Source: Verrucomicrobiia bacterium
Lineage (GTDB): Bacteria > Patescibacteriota > Saccharimonadia > Saccharimonadales > JAGQNK01
Reading direction: 5' to 3'
Assembly: GCA_035489575.1 (NCBI GenBank)
Contig: DATHJY010000013.1
Location: 283,346-347,345 of the forward strand
Length of the DNA stretch: 64,000 nt
Positions 15,430-24,291 of this stretch are shown here, in pieces (positions within the stretch are counted from its first letter, which is position 1; each line of letters opens with the position of its first letter). The position numbers and the translations under genes are program-made. The notes under the pieces were generated by a model. That model searched no databases. It worked only from the letters and a program-made list of their open reading frames with translations, and was not told the DNA's origin.

Positions 15430-18219
15430 CTAGGAGCAGCCTGTTGTACTGCCGCAACTCGTACAGACATAGCAGCTTCCTGCCTTCTGCGTCTGGTTGC
15501 CACAGTTGTAGCACATGGGCGCAGCGTCATCCTGGTGACCTGTACCGCTGTCAGCCACCGCTTGGCGGGCGGCTTGTATAGGTTGGGGTCGTATGGCCAT
15601 GATTGGCTCCGGCTGGATCTCTACCGCTACTGCCTCATCCGCCCTTGGCGTTCCTACCTCAAGCAAACTTACTTGCTCCTCGGGCATATCGTCCATAGAC
15701 GCCAGTCCCAGTTCAAGCCTATCGTCAAACGACAAGTAGCTCAGGGCTAGGCGCCGGAATATGTAGTCAATGATCGAAGATGCGGTACGAATCTCTGGGT
15801 CATCAGTTATGCCGGCAGGGGCAAAGCTGGTACTCGTAAGTGATCTCACATATGTCTTAAGCGGCACACCATACTGCAGGCCATGACTGACCGATATCGC
15901 AAAGGAATCCATGATACCTAATAGCGTTGAACCGTGCTTTGCAAAGTGTATGAAGACCTCGCCTGGAGTACCATCCTCGTACTCACCAACTGTTACATAG
16001 CCGTGACTGCTTGCAACGGTAAAAGAGAAGGTCTTTGAAGCGCGCACTCTTGGCAGCTCACGACGCACTGCGCCCTTGACTATGATTCGGTCACTGAGCA
16101 CCTCCGCCAAAGATACTGGCTCGTCCTTTTTAGTACCCTCTTTCTTCGCCATAGAGAGTGGTTGCGCAACCTTACAGTTATCGCGGTAGATCGCAACTGC
16201 CTTGAGGCCTAGCCTCCAAGATTCCATGTGCAGCTTCTCAACCTCTTCTACAGTGGCTTCTTCGGGCATGTTAACTGTCTTACTAATTGCGCCAGACAGG
16301 AATGGTTGTACTGCTGACATCATCTTCACGTGGCCCATGTAGTGGATAGGGTTATCACCCATAGAGCAAGCAAACACATCTTTGTGCTCTTCCTTGAGGT
16401 GTGGAGCGCCTATTATTGTTTTCTCTACATCAATATAGCTGATGATATCGTCAACTTCGGACTTGCTGTAGCCGAGTACTTTTAGTGCACGTGGCACTGT
16501 CTGGTTGACGATACTCATCGTGCCGCCACCTACCAGCTTCTTGTGCTTAACAAGACCAAGGTCTGGCTCGATACCAGTTGTATCACAGTCCATCATGAGT
16601 CCAATCGTTCCCGTGGGAGCCAGCACACTTGCTTGCGCATTTCGTACACCGTGGAGCTCACCTAGCTCAACAGCTTCATCCCAGGCGCTGGCGGCAGCAC
16701 TCAGTAGTTCCTCGGAAACCAGGCTGGCGTCAATCTTTGAGACTTCCTCACGATGCATACGGAGCACGTGGAGCATTCCCTCGCGATCTTTATGGAATCC
16801 AGCAAATGGACCGACCCGATTAGCAATCTTTGCGCTCGTGGCATACGCCTGGCCGGTCATAAGGGCCGTTATAGCCGCAGCCTGAGCTCGACCCTCATCA
16901 GAGTCATAGGGCAGGCCTTGAGCCATCAGAAGGGCTCCTAAGTTCGCATAGCCAAGCCCTAGCTCACGATAAGCTCTGGCATTCTTATTGATGCTCTCTG
17001 TTGGATACTCACTGTAACCAACCAATATTTCTTGGGCGGTAAAAATAAGTTCTACCGTATGAATGAAAGACTTGATATCAAAACTTCCGTCGTCATTCAG
17101 ATACCTCAAGAGGTTGATAGATGCCAGGTTACACGCAGAGTTATCCAGGTGCATATATTCACTGCACGGGTTACTGCCATTAATGCGTCCAGCGTTCGGC
17201 GTGGTGTGCCACTTGTTGATAGTCGTGTCGAATTGCATGCCAGGATCGGCACATTCCCAGGCAGATTCAGAGATTTGCCGGAAAAGATCACGAGCCTTTA
17301 CGGTCCTCACTGTCTTGCCGGTAGTCACTGCCTTCAGGTCCCAGTCCTTATCGTTCTCGACTGCTCGCATAAACTCATCAGTGACCCGAACAGAGTTATT
17401 GGCATTTTGGTATTGGACAGAGAATGAGTCTCTACCGTCCAGGTCCATATCGAATCCAGCGTCTCTCAGTACACGAGCTTTACGCTCCTCTATTGCCTTG
17501 GCCCAAATAAACTCCACAATGTCCGGATGATCAGCATTCAAGATAACCATCTTAGCCGCACGACGAGTCTTGCCGCCACTCTTAATAGCACCAGCAGATG
17601 CATCAGCACCCCGCATAAAACTCATGGGGCCAGAGGCAGTACCAGCACTCTTGCCGAGTTCTTCGGCCGACGACCGGATAGAGCTAAGATTGATGCCTGA
17701 TCCCGAGCCACCCTTGAAGATCATTCCCTCTTCTTTGTACCAATTCAGAATGGCGGGCATAGTATCTTCAACGGCCAAGATGAAACAAGCACTTGCCTGC
17801 TGAGCACGCTCAGGTACGCCTATATTGAACCAGACCGGAGAGTTAAAAGCCGCGCGTTGAGTGGCCAAGATATATTTAAGCTCCTCACGGTAGTCTTCTG
17901 CCTCGGCGTCCGACTCAAAGTAACCCTCTTGCATACCCTGCCGAGTCACCGTATCTACTACACGATCGATTAAGTCCTTTAGGGACTTTTCTCGTCCATC
18001 AGTACCCGGAGTACCGGTAAAATATTTTTGGGCAACGATGTTGATAGCGTTCAGGGACCATCCCTCGGGGAAATCAACGTCCTTTTGCTCAAAGACAGGC
18101 TTGCCCGTCATTGGATTCATAATAACCGAATCGCGCTTAACCCATTTGAGCTGATCGTATCCCTTGCTCTTAGGGGGCGTCAATAAGCGCCTCCGACCTA
18201 ATATTGCTATCTGTGCCAT
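15430..18219 (-). CDS. nrdJ: Class II (adenosylcobalamin-dependent) ribonucleotide reductase
   Basis: SNPCSEYMHLDNSACNLASINL active-site region and a C-terminal Cys cluster (CYNCGNQTQKAGSCYVCTSCGSTTGC). I moved the start to the ATG at 18219 (MAQIAILG...) because the 48 upstream codons of the track model look non-coding. Confidence 0.85.
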   Translation of the reverse strand: MAQIAILGRRRLLTPPKSKGYDQLKWVKRDSVIMNPMTGKPVFEQKDVDFPEGWSLNAINIVAQKYFTGTPGTDGREKSLKDLIDRVVDTVTRQGMQEGYFESDAEAEDYREELKYILATQRAAFNSPVWFNIGVPERAQQASACFILAVEDTMPAILNWYKEEGMIFKGGSGSGINLSSIRSSAEELGKSAGTASGPMSFMRGADASAGAIKSGGKTRRAAKMVILNADHPDIVEFIWAKAIEERKARVLRDAGFDMDLDGRDSFSVQYQNANNSVRVTDEFMRAVENDKDWDLKAVTTGKTVRTVKARDLFRQISESAWECADPGMQFDTTINKWHTTPNAGRINGSNPCSEYMHLDNSACNLASINLLRYLNDDGSFDIKSFIHTVELIFTAQEILVGYSEYPTESINKNARAYRELGLGYANLGALLMAQGLPYDSDEGRAQAAAITALMTGQAYATSAKIANRVGPFAGFHKDREGMLHVLRMHREEVSKIDASLVSEELLSAAASAWDEAVELGELHGVRNAQASVLAPTGTIGLMMDCDTTGIEPDLGLVKHKKLVGGGTMSIVNQTVPRALKVLGYSKSEVDDIISYIDVEKTIIGAPHLKEEHKDVFACSMGDNPIHYMGHVKMMSAVQPFLSGAISKTVNMPEEATVEEVEKLHMESWRLGLKAVAIYRDNCKVAQPLSMAKKEGTKKDEPVSLAEVLSDRIIVKGAVRRELPRVRASKTFSFTVASSHGYVTVGEYEDGTPGEVFIHFAKHGSTLLGIMDSFAISVSHGLQYGVPLKTYVRSLTSTSFAPAGITDDPEIRTASSIIDYIFRRLALSYLSFDDRLELGLASMDDMPEEQVSLLEVGTPRADEAVAVEIQPEPIMAIRPQPIQAARQAVADSGTGHQDDAAPMCYNCGNQTQKAGSCYVCTSCGSTTGCS

Positions 18220-18399
18220 ACACCTACCCTCACTTTTACGCGGCCCCAAGAATATGCCGTTCTCTCGGCCACCCATTGTTATATTTTTATTAAGGTTTTT
18301 GTTAGAGTCGTCTCTCGCCTCTACGTTGCTCTCAAACGTCGATTCGATTGATGCTCCCCCCAAAGCCTATGGAGCAGGCTCTAGGGGGAGCCGTCAAGG

Positions 18400-18873
18400 T
18401 TATGCCTTGACAGAACCGACCTTGCGCTCGCGGATTTGCAGAAGTTCTTTCTCAAATCCGGCGATATCTTTGAAGCGACGATATACACTTGCGAACCGCA
18501 CATAGGCTACCTCGTTAAGGGGTGCGAGTCGCTCCATCACCATGTCACCTATTTTTGTACTTGGCATCTCCTGCTCTCCACATGCGTATATATGCTGTTC
18601 GATATCTGCTACCAAACGCTCGAGCTGCAAACTCGTTACAGGAGTTTTCTCGGAAGCCCTATACAACCCAGCAAGTAACTTGTCACGATTAAAGAGTTCA
18701 CGAGTTCCGTTAGTCTTTACTACTATTATCTGAGGACGCTCCAGTCGCTCATAGGTAGTAAATCTATACTGACAGTTTGTGCAAACTCTTCGCCGACGGA
18801 TGGCCTCACCATCTGATACGTCACGAGATTCAATTACCTTTGTCTCCGTTTGCTGGCATTGGCTGCATTTCAT
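18400..18873 (-). CDS. nrdR: Transcriptional repressor NrdR
   Basis: MKCSQCQQTETKVIESRDV...RRRRVCTNCQYRFTTYE is a zinc ribbon followed by an ATP-cone. ATG at 18873; the track model is extended by 43 codons. Confidence 0.9.
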   Translation of the reverse strand: MKCSQCQQTETKVIESRDVSDGEAIRRRRVCTNCQYRFTTYERLERPQIIVVKTNGTRELFNRDKLLAGLYRASEKTPVTSLQLERLVADIEQHIYACGEQEMPSTKIGDMVMERLAPLNEVAYVRFASVYRRFKDIAGFEKELLQIRERKVGSVKA

Positions 18874-19021
18874 ATATTTGCATACCTCCTTGCTTACTCT
18901 ACAACCGTGGAGATCCAGAGACAGCCAGCTCATGCTTGCTTTTAAAACAATGTATTTGTTTTGGCCCTCAATCATCCGAACGTTCATAGATGTGTAAAAC
19001 ATTTATTCATCTGAACGTACG

Positions 19022-19092
19022 ACCACTGTATATTTCATCCTATATATAGTGTCTATACTGTATAGATTAACTCTACCTATAGCGTTTTGCAA
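19022..19092 (-). promoter_or_regulatory. nrdR-nrdJ promoter with NrdR-box-like operators
   Basis: In the RNA sense: TTGCAA (19087-19092), 17 nt, TAATCT (19064-19069). ACACTATATATAGGAT (19037-19052) matches the NrdR-box consensus acaCwAtATaTwGtgt at 14/16 positions. Also present are a partial box at 19023-19038 and a perfect palindrome TCTATAC-T-GTATAGA at 19052-19066. Confidence 0.55.
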
Positions 19093-19112
19093 GCAAAAAT
19101 TTGGTGTATTAT

Positions 19113-20438
19113 TTACGCTTTTTTATCACTGTTAACAGGGGTGGAATCTTCATCCTGGCCCTCTTGTCGACGCTTCTTCAATCTGCGCAAGAAAGAGGGC
19201 TTCTCTAGCTCCTCTTCTTCATTCGAACCCACAAAGGCCTGAGACTTCGATGACGCATCTTGTGCAGCTACCTCGTTGGTTTCAACTTCTTTTGTATCCT
19301 GATCAAGTGTCCAGATATTAGGCATAGGTTTTTCATTCTGGAAAGCTTCCTCCGCCTTGGAGGGCTCGTCCAGGTCCATATCAATATCTTTGATGACAGT
19401 ATCATCTGACCTGGGCGGGTCAACAGACGTTGTCATACCGCTAGAAGAAGATGGATCAGATGAAGCGGAGCGATTTGTAAAGTAGGCGGCATCAAAGCCC
19501 GTAGCCACAACAGTGATAATAAGCTCATTCTCTAGCTCGGGATTTATGGTGGCACCAAAAATGATATTGGCGTCCGGATCGGCAGCTGTAGTTATAGTCT
19601 CTGCAGCTGTGTTAATTTCATGCATGGACATGTCCATGCCACCAATAACGTTGAACAAAATACCACGGGCACCATCAATTGACACCTCCAGTAGCGGCGA
19701 TTCAACAGCCTGCTGGGCAGCCTTGATGGCTCGATCTTCGCCACTTGCACGACCTATACCCATAAGGGCAGAGCCAGCATTCTTCATGACCGCTTTTACA
19801 TCGGCAAAGTCTAGGTTGATCAGCCCATGAACCGTAATAAGATCAGATATACCCTGCACACCCTGGCGAAGTACATCATCTGCTACCTTAAAAGCTTCGA
19901 GCAAGGGAGTCTGACGATCAATCGTCTGTAACAGACGATCATTAGGTATGACGATAAGGGTGTCTACGGCATCTTTCAGATTAGTTATGGCAGATTCTGC
20001 GTTACGTCGACGTTTGTCACCTTCGAAGGCAAAGGGTTTTGTTGCAAAACCAACAACGAGAGAGCCCGCTTCCTTGGCAACCTTGGCAACCACGTGCCCC
20101 GCACCACTGCCAGTTCCGCCCCCGGCACCAATGGTTATAAACACCATGTCAGCACCTTCAACGGCTTTTCTGATCTCTTCAATAGATTCTTCGGCAGCCT
20201 TTTGGCCCGTTGCTGGGTCGGCACCACCGCCCAAACCCCGAGTTGTCTCACTACCGATGTTAATTTTTTTCTGTGCCAGAGAGTGGTGCAAGGCCTGTGC
20301 GTCAGTGTTAATTACAATGAATTCAACACCATCAACGCCGGACTCTATCATCCGATTTATGGCTGCGCCACCGGCACCGCCCACACCTATTACTTTAATG
20401 CGTGCGAAAGTCTCTATAGCTGGTGCAACTTGTGGCAT
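19113..20438 (-). CDS. ftsZ: Cell division protein FtsZ
   Basis: Tubulin signature [15 protein letters not shown]. 441 aa with an acidic/disordered C-terminal tail. Confidence 0.95.
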   Translation of the reverse strand: MPQVAPAIETFARIKVIGVGGAGGAAINRMIESGVDGVEFIVINTDAQALHHSLAQKKINIGSETTRGLGGGADPATGQKAAEESIEEIRKAVEGADMVFITIGAGGGTGSGAGHVVAKVAKEAGSLVVGFATKPFAFEGDKRRRNAESAITNLKDAVDTLIVIPNDRLLQTIDRQTPLLEAFKVADDVLRQGVQGISDLITVHGLINLDFADVKAVMKNAGSALMGIGRASGEDRAIKAAQQAVESPLLEVSIDGARGILFNVIGGMDMSMHEINTAAETITTAADPDANIIFGATINPELENELIITVVATGFDAAYFTNRSASSDPSSSSGMTTSVDPPRSDDTVIKDIDMDLDEPSKAEEAFQNEKPMPNIWTLDQDTKEVETNEVAAQDASSKSQAFVGSNEEEELEKPSFLRRLKKRRQEGQDEDSTPVNSDKKA

Positions 20439-20516
20439 CTAAGGATATCCTCTCTGTCGTTATAGCAAGGAGTATATCATATGAGACCAAACCCTTGCAG
20501 ACCCCTAGGCGAGGTT

Positions 20517-21755
20517 CTACTTCCTGGACCTCATTCGTTTTAGAAGCCCGTCAATGAGCCCAAAGGCACTCGTGTTGGGCTGGCTGGCAGCGGACTTGTC
20601 TTGGTCGGGAACAAGCAGCATATCAAGCAACATGAGCCCCACGGCGGACGCATACATAGGGTCCTGCACGATATCAACCAAGCCGCCCAGGGGCTGGAGC
20701 TCTCCAACTCGGGCAGCCAGCTGAAGCTTCTCTTTTGCAAAATCAGCAATACCAGGAAGCTTCGCTGTGCCGCCGACCAGTACGATTCCACCAGGGAGCT
20801 TACGGGAGCGCTGAATCTTCTTGAGTTCTTTGTCTACAAACTCAAATAACTCTTCCACGCGCGCTTCGGTAATCATTCGAACATCATCAATCTCAAACGT
20901 GTGTGACTTCTCGTTATGACGAACGGTCAAAGTCCCTTTCTTTTGGCTGGCTTCTAAGGTGGCGTGATTAATCTTTACCAGCTCAGCGACATCTAGATCG
21001 GTTCTAAGCCCGATTGCGAGGTCGTTGGTTATGTGTAGGCCTCCAATGGGAAGAACGGCGACATGCTGTACCTCTCCGTCTTCTATGACAACAATATTTG
21101 TTGTCCCGGCACCCATGTCGATAAGCAAGGTCCCGGACTCCTTCTGTTGTCTAGCCAGAACAGCCTCCGCGGCCGCAAGACTCGAGACCGTATGATTTGT
21201 AGCAGCAATTCGTGCCTTGTCTAGAACGATATCCAAGCTTTTCATACTGGGAGTCGACGCCGTTACGATATGCGTGTCTACCTCAAGCCTCACCCCTTGC
21301 ATGCCCACCGGGTCTTTGATATTGTCTTGCCCATCAAGCCGATAATTTTTGGCAAATACCTGGATAATCTCTCTGTTAGCCGGAAGTTGAACAATGGTGG
21401 CTGCCTCTTCCACCCGAAAACGATCCTCAGGGGTAATCTCGCGGTTAGCCGCGCTGATAGCAATCACTCCCCTAGAATTCATACCCGTCACGTGCGATCC
21501 ATTTACATTGACTGTTGCGCGCTCAATACGCACTCCAGATAATCTTTCCGCCTCGGTAACCGCCTGCACCACCGATTCAATAACATCATCAATATGTACA
21601 ACTACACCCTTACGCATGCCAATATTAGCAGCGCTACCATGCCCGATTATGGAAGGGTGGCCGGGGTCATTAGGATCAACCATGCCAATAACGCAGCGAA
21701 CAGAGCTCGTGCCAATATCGAGCCCAAAAAAGTGGCTTGGCGAAGATTCGCGCAT
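20517..21755 (-). CDS. ftsA: Cell division protein FtsA
   Basis: Actin-like ATPase motifs FFGLDIGTSSVRCVIG and LIDMGAGTTNIVV. It lies immediately upstream of ftsZ. Confidence 0.9.
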   Translation of the reverse strand: MRESSPSHFFGLDIGTSSVRCVIGMVDPNDPGHPSIIGHGSAANIGMRKGVVVHIDDVIESVVQAVTEAERLSGVRIERATVNVNGSHVTGMNSRGVIAISAANREITPEDRFRVEEAATIVQLPANREIIQVFAKNYRLDGQDNIKDPVGMQGVRLEVDTHIVTASTPSMKSLDIVLDKARIAATNHTVSSLAAAEAVLARQQKESGTLLIDMGAGTTNIVVIEDGEVQHVAVLPIGGLHITNDLAIGLRTDLDVAELVKINHATLEASQKKGTLTVRHNEKSHTFEIDDVRMITEARVEELFEFVDKELKKIQRSRKLPGGIVLVGGTAKLPGIADFAKEKLQLAARVGELQPLGGLVDIVQDPMYASAVGLMLLDMLLVPDQDKSAASQPNTSAFGLIDGLLKRMRSRK

Positions 21756-21809
21756 GTTGGCAGTATAGCGCTTATCGTTACACCTTACAAATGAAACGGC
21801 ACTCGGGAT

Positions 21810-22562
21810 CTAGAGTTTCGTTAAAATCTCTGAGCCCGTGTCGGTAATAAGTACCGTATGTTCAAAGTGGGCTGCAAATGAACGGTCATTGGTCCTTACA
21901 GTCCAGCCATCGATATCAATAAAAACCCGGAAGTCACCAAGGGTAGCCATGGGCTCTATGGCTATAGTCATACCTTTTTTCAGGACGGGTCCCGTCCCTT
22001 CTTTACCGTAGTTGGGAATGTTTGGCTCCTCATGCAGCTCATGTCCAACCCCGTGGCCCACCATATCCCGAACTATACCGTAATCAGCCTGCTTAAGCAC
22101 TTGCTCTATGGCATTCGACAAGTCTCCGACACGCGTACCATCTTTCAGAATAGAGATACCAGCATACAATGCAGCTTCGGTATCACGGACCAGTCTCAAC
22201 CTGTTAGCCGGGCCAACGCCTGCGACAACAGATACAGCACCGTCAGTAATCATACCCTCGTAGGTCACACCAAAGTCCATACTCACAATATCACCGTCAG
22301 TAATTTTCCTTTTGGCGGTGGGGATACCATGCACCACCTCGTCGTTCACCGAGACACACAGCACATCAGGGAAGCCATACATTCCTAAGAAGGTTGGCGT
22401 ACCACCCGTACCACGCAGTTCGCTCTTAGCAATCTCTGCCAAATCCTTAGTAGTCATACCCGGCTGAATCGCCTGCTTGAGAGTGGCGAGCACTGTCGCC
22501 AGAAGTCGACCACTTTCACGCATAGCCTTGATCTCTTGAGTTGTTTTTACTTTTGTTTGCAT
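21810..22562 (-). CDS. map: Type I methionine aminopeptidase
   Basis: 250 aa. Motifs VVHGIP, DIVSMDFG, GHGVGHELHEEP and TIAIEP. Confidence 0.9.
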   Translation of the reverse strand: MQTKVKTTQEIKAMRESGRLLATVLATLKQAIQPGMTTKDLAEIAKSELRGTGGTPTFLGMYGFPDVLCVSVNDEVVHGIPTAKRKITDGDIVSMDFGVTYEGMITDGAVSVVAGVGPANRLRLVRDTEAALYAGISILKDGTRVGDLSNAIEQVLKQADYGIVRDMVGHGVGHELHEEPNIPNYGKEGTGPVLKKGMTIAIEPMATLGDFRVFIDIDGWTVRTNDRSFAAHFEHTVLITDTGSEILTKL

Positions 22563-22566
22563 GACA

Positions 22567-23106
22567 CTAGTTGACTGATGATATATCTTTCTTGATCTGG
22601 CCGTGGATAGCTTCTATGTCACCAGCACCATCTACATCAAAAATTGGCACCCGAGCTTCTCTAAAATGATCGAGAATTGGCCTCGTCACCTCCTCATATT
22701 CACGAAAACGTTCGAGGATAGCCTCTTTATGATCATCTTGTCTACCACGCTTCAGGAGTCGATCAAGTACTGTTTGCTGATCTACAGTAAGATGGATAAC
22801 CGCAGTAACATCAAGCTGCCCATGCTTGTGCTGATTAAGGAGCCAGTCCGCCTGGGAAACCGTCCGAGGGAAACCGTCTAGAATAAACTCCTCATGTACA
22901 TCAATCATCGCAAATATTTTTTGGACAAGTTTTATAATCTCCCTATCAGATAACAGCCTTCCCGCTAGCATATCCTTGCGTCGCTCGCCAGACACCAGCA
23001 TACGGAGGAACTCACCAGTAGATAGCCAGGGCAGGGCAAGCTCGTCTGCTAACATCCTCCCCTGGACGCTCTTACCAGAACCAGCAACACCCATAAAAAT
23101 AATCAT
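22567..23106 (-). CDS. adk: Adenylate kinase (short, lid-less form)
   Basis: P-loop GVAGSGKS, ILDGFPRT and GRQDD. It shows the conserved adk-map adjacency. Confidence 0.75.
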   Translation of the reverse strand: MIIFMGVAGSGKSVQGRMLADELALPWLSTGEFLRMLVSGERRKDMLAGRLLSDREIIKLVQKIFAMIDVHEEFILDGFPRTVSQADWLLNQHKHGQLDVTAVIHLTVDQQTVLDRLLKRGRQDDHKEAILERFREYEEVTRPILDHFREARVPIFDVDGAGDIEAIHGQIKKDISSVN

Positions 23107-23558
23107 CCTGAAATCCTCTGTTTTACCGCAGCAGCGATGCGCCCACCGTCCGCATCTCCCTTGCTTAGTTCTTTTACCCTTCCGATAATTCGCCCCATGT
23201 CTTGAGAAGTTGCAGCTCCAACGTCATCGATAGCCCTGTCTACGAGCTTCCCTATTTCTTCGTCCGATAGCTGGGCGGGCAAATAGTTCTCTATGACCAC
23301 CAGCTCATGCCGCTCGGCCACAGCCTTCTCTTGATTACCGCCACGATCAAACAATTCGGCACTTTCCTGGCGTTTCTTTGCCTCTTTGCGTAACACGCCT
23401 ACAATCTCTTGGTCTGCCAACCCCTGTTCCCTCTTGCCCTCCGCAACCTCGACATACAGAATAGCGCTCTTGAGACCCCTCAGGGTTGTTGCAAGCGTCT
23501 TGTCGCCACCAAGCATGGCAGCTTTCAAATCTGAATCGATCCGTTCCTTCAAACTCAT
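23103..23558 (-). CDS. GatB/YqeY domain protein
   Basis: MSLKERIDSDLKAAMLGGDK..LRGLKSAI...VIENYLPAQLSDEEI is typical of the YqeY family. It overlaps adk by 4 nt (ATGA). Confidence 0.8.
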   Translation of the reverse strand: MSLKERIDSDLKAAMLGGDKTLATTLRGLKSAILYVEVAEGKREQGLADQEIVGVLRKEAKKRQESAELFDRGGNQEKAVAERHELVVIENYLPAQLSDEEIGKLVDRAIDDVGAATSQDMGRIIGRVKELSKGDADGGRIAAAVKQRISG

Positions 23559-23591
23559 AATTCATCCCTAGTGTACCAAAGAGCTCATCCT

Positions 23592-23626
23592 AAAAGCAAA
23601 ATGCTGCCAGATTCCTCGGGCAGCAT
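23592..23626 (-). terminator. Intrinsic terminator after rpsU
   Basis: In the RNA sense: ATGCTGCCCgaggaatctGGCAGCATtttgctttt. Confidence 0.6.
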
Positions 23627-23643
23627 CTGCTATTGAGACGACG

Positions 23644-23859
23644 TTATTTTTGGCCGAGCTTAATCTTCTTTAGCTTCTGAGACTTACGCTCACGACGTAA
23701 AATAGCCTTCTCGCGGCGTTCGCGCTTACTCATTGGTTTTTCAAAGTATTGTGCCTGTTTTGCCTTTGTGACAACTCCAGCCTGCTGAACTTTGCGAGTA
23801 AATCGACGCAGAACGTTCTCAATGGATTCTTTCGAATCTTTGCGTGTAACTTGTATCAT
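23644..23859 (-). CDS. rpsU: 30S ribosomal protein S21
   Basis: 71 aa, basic. ...LRRFTRKVQQAGV...KRERREKA is typical of bS21. Confidence 0.9.
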   Translation of the reverse strand: MIQVTRKDSKESIENVLRRFTRKVQQAGVVTKAKQAQYFEKPMSKRERREKAILRRERKSQKLKKIKLGQK

Positions 23860-23904
23860 GGGCCTAATTGTACTTTAACAGGGATAGATATGCAAGATTG
23901 AAAG

Positions 23905-24198
23905 CTAAGAACCGGGCTGCTGCTTCTTTTGATTCATGCGTTGTGACTTCAACACTATGCTTTGTAGTTCTTTGAAGATCGCAAAGTGTTTATTGGTGTG
24001 ATATATTTTGGTGTTTCCCTGTCGTTCAGAAATAAGAAACCCTATCTTCTCTAGCCTTTTTAGCTCACGCTGAATATTCCCAGCATCTTCTTTGATAAGC
24101 TTTGCAAGCCCACGAACATGGGTTTTAAAATCGGGATATTTGGCGTAAACCACTATGATTTTCCGCCGTACTCGTGAAGTTATAAATACATCTAACAT
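23905..24198 (-). CDS. Small winged-helix (ArsR-like) transcriptional regulator
   Basis: 97 aa. RGLAKLIKEDAGNIQRELKRLEKIGFL is an HTH/wing pattern. The N-terminus resembles that of the 59148-59801 protein. Confidence 0.6.
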   Translation of the reverse strand: MLDVFITSRVRRKIIVVYAKYPDFKTHVRGLAKLIKEDAGNIQRELKRLEKIGFLISERQGNTKIYHTNKHFAIFKELQSIVLKSQRMNQKKQQPGS

Positions 24199-24291
24199 AA
24201 GCTCTATTGTTATTAGGACAACGTAACTGAAGTATACGCGACAACTGATGGTCTTTCAACATATTTTTCCAATAAAACTTATAATGTGGTC

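Noticed and set aside
18220-19002. N-terminal extensions in the ORF-track models: nrdJ to 18363, nrdR to 19002, and similarly the ROK kinase from 31552, def from 26171, infB to 30442 and the membrane protein to 11503.
   Set aside because: The extensions have odd composition. They overlap upstream genes, promoters or operator sites, and they precede internal ATG codons that restore canonical family N-termini (MKCSQC for NrdR, MYGAVDIGGTK for ROK, MGKTQRD for Def). For infB, a GAGGAG SD also precedes the internal ATG.
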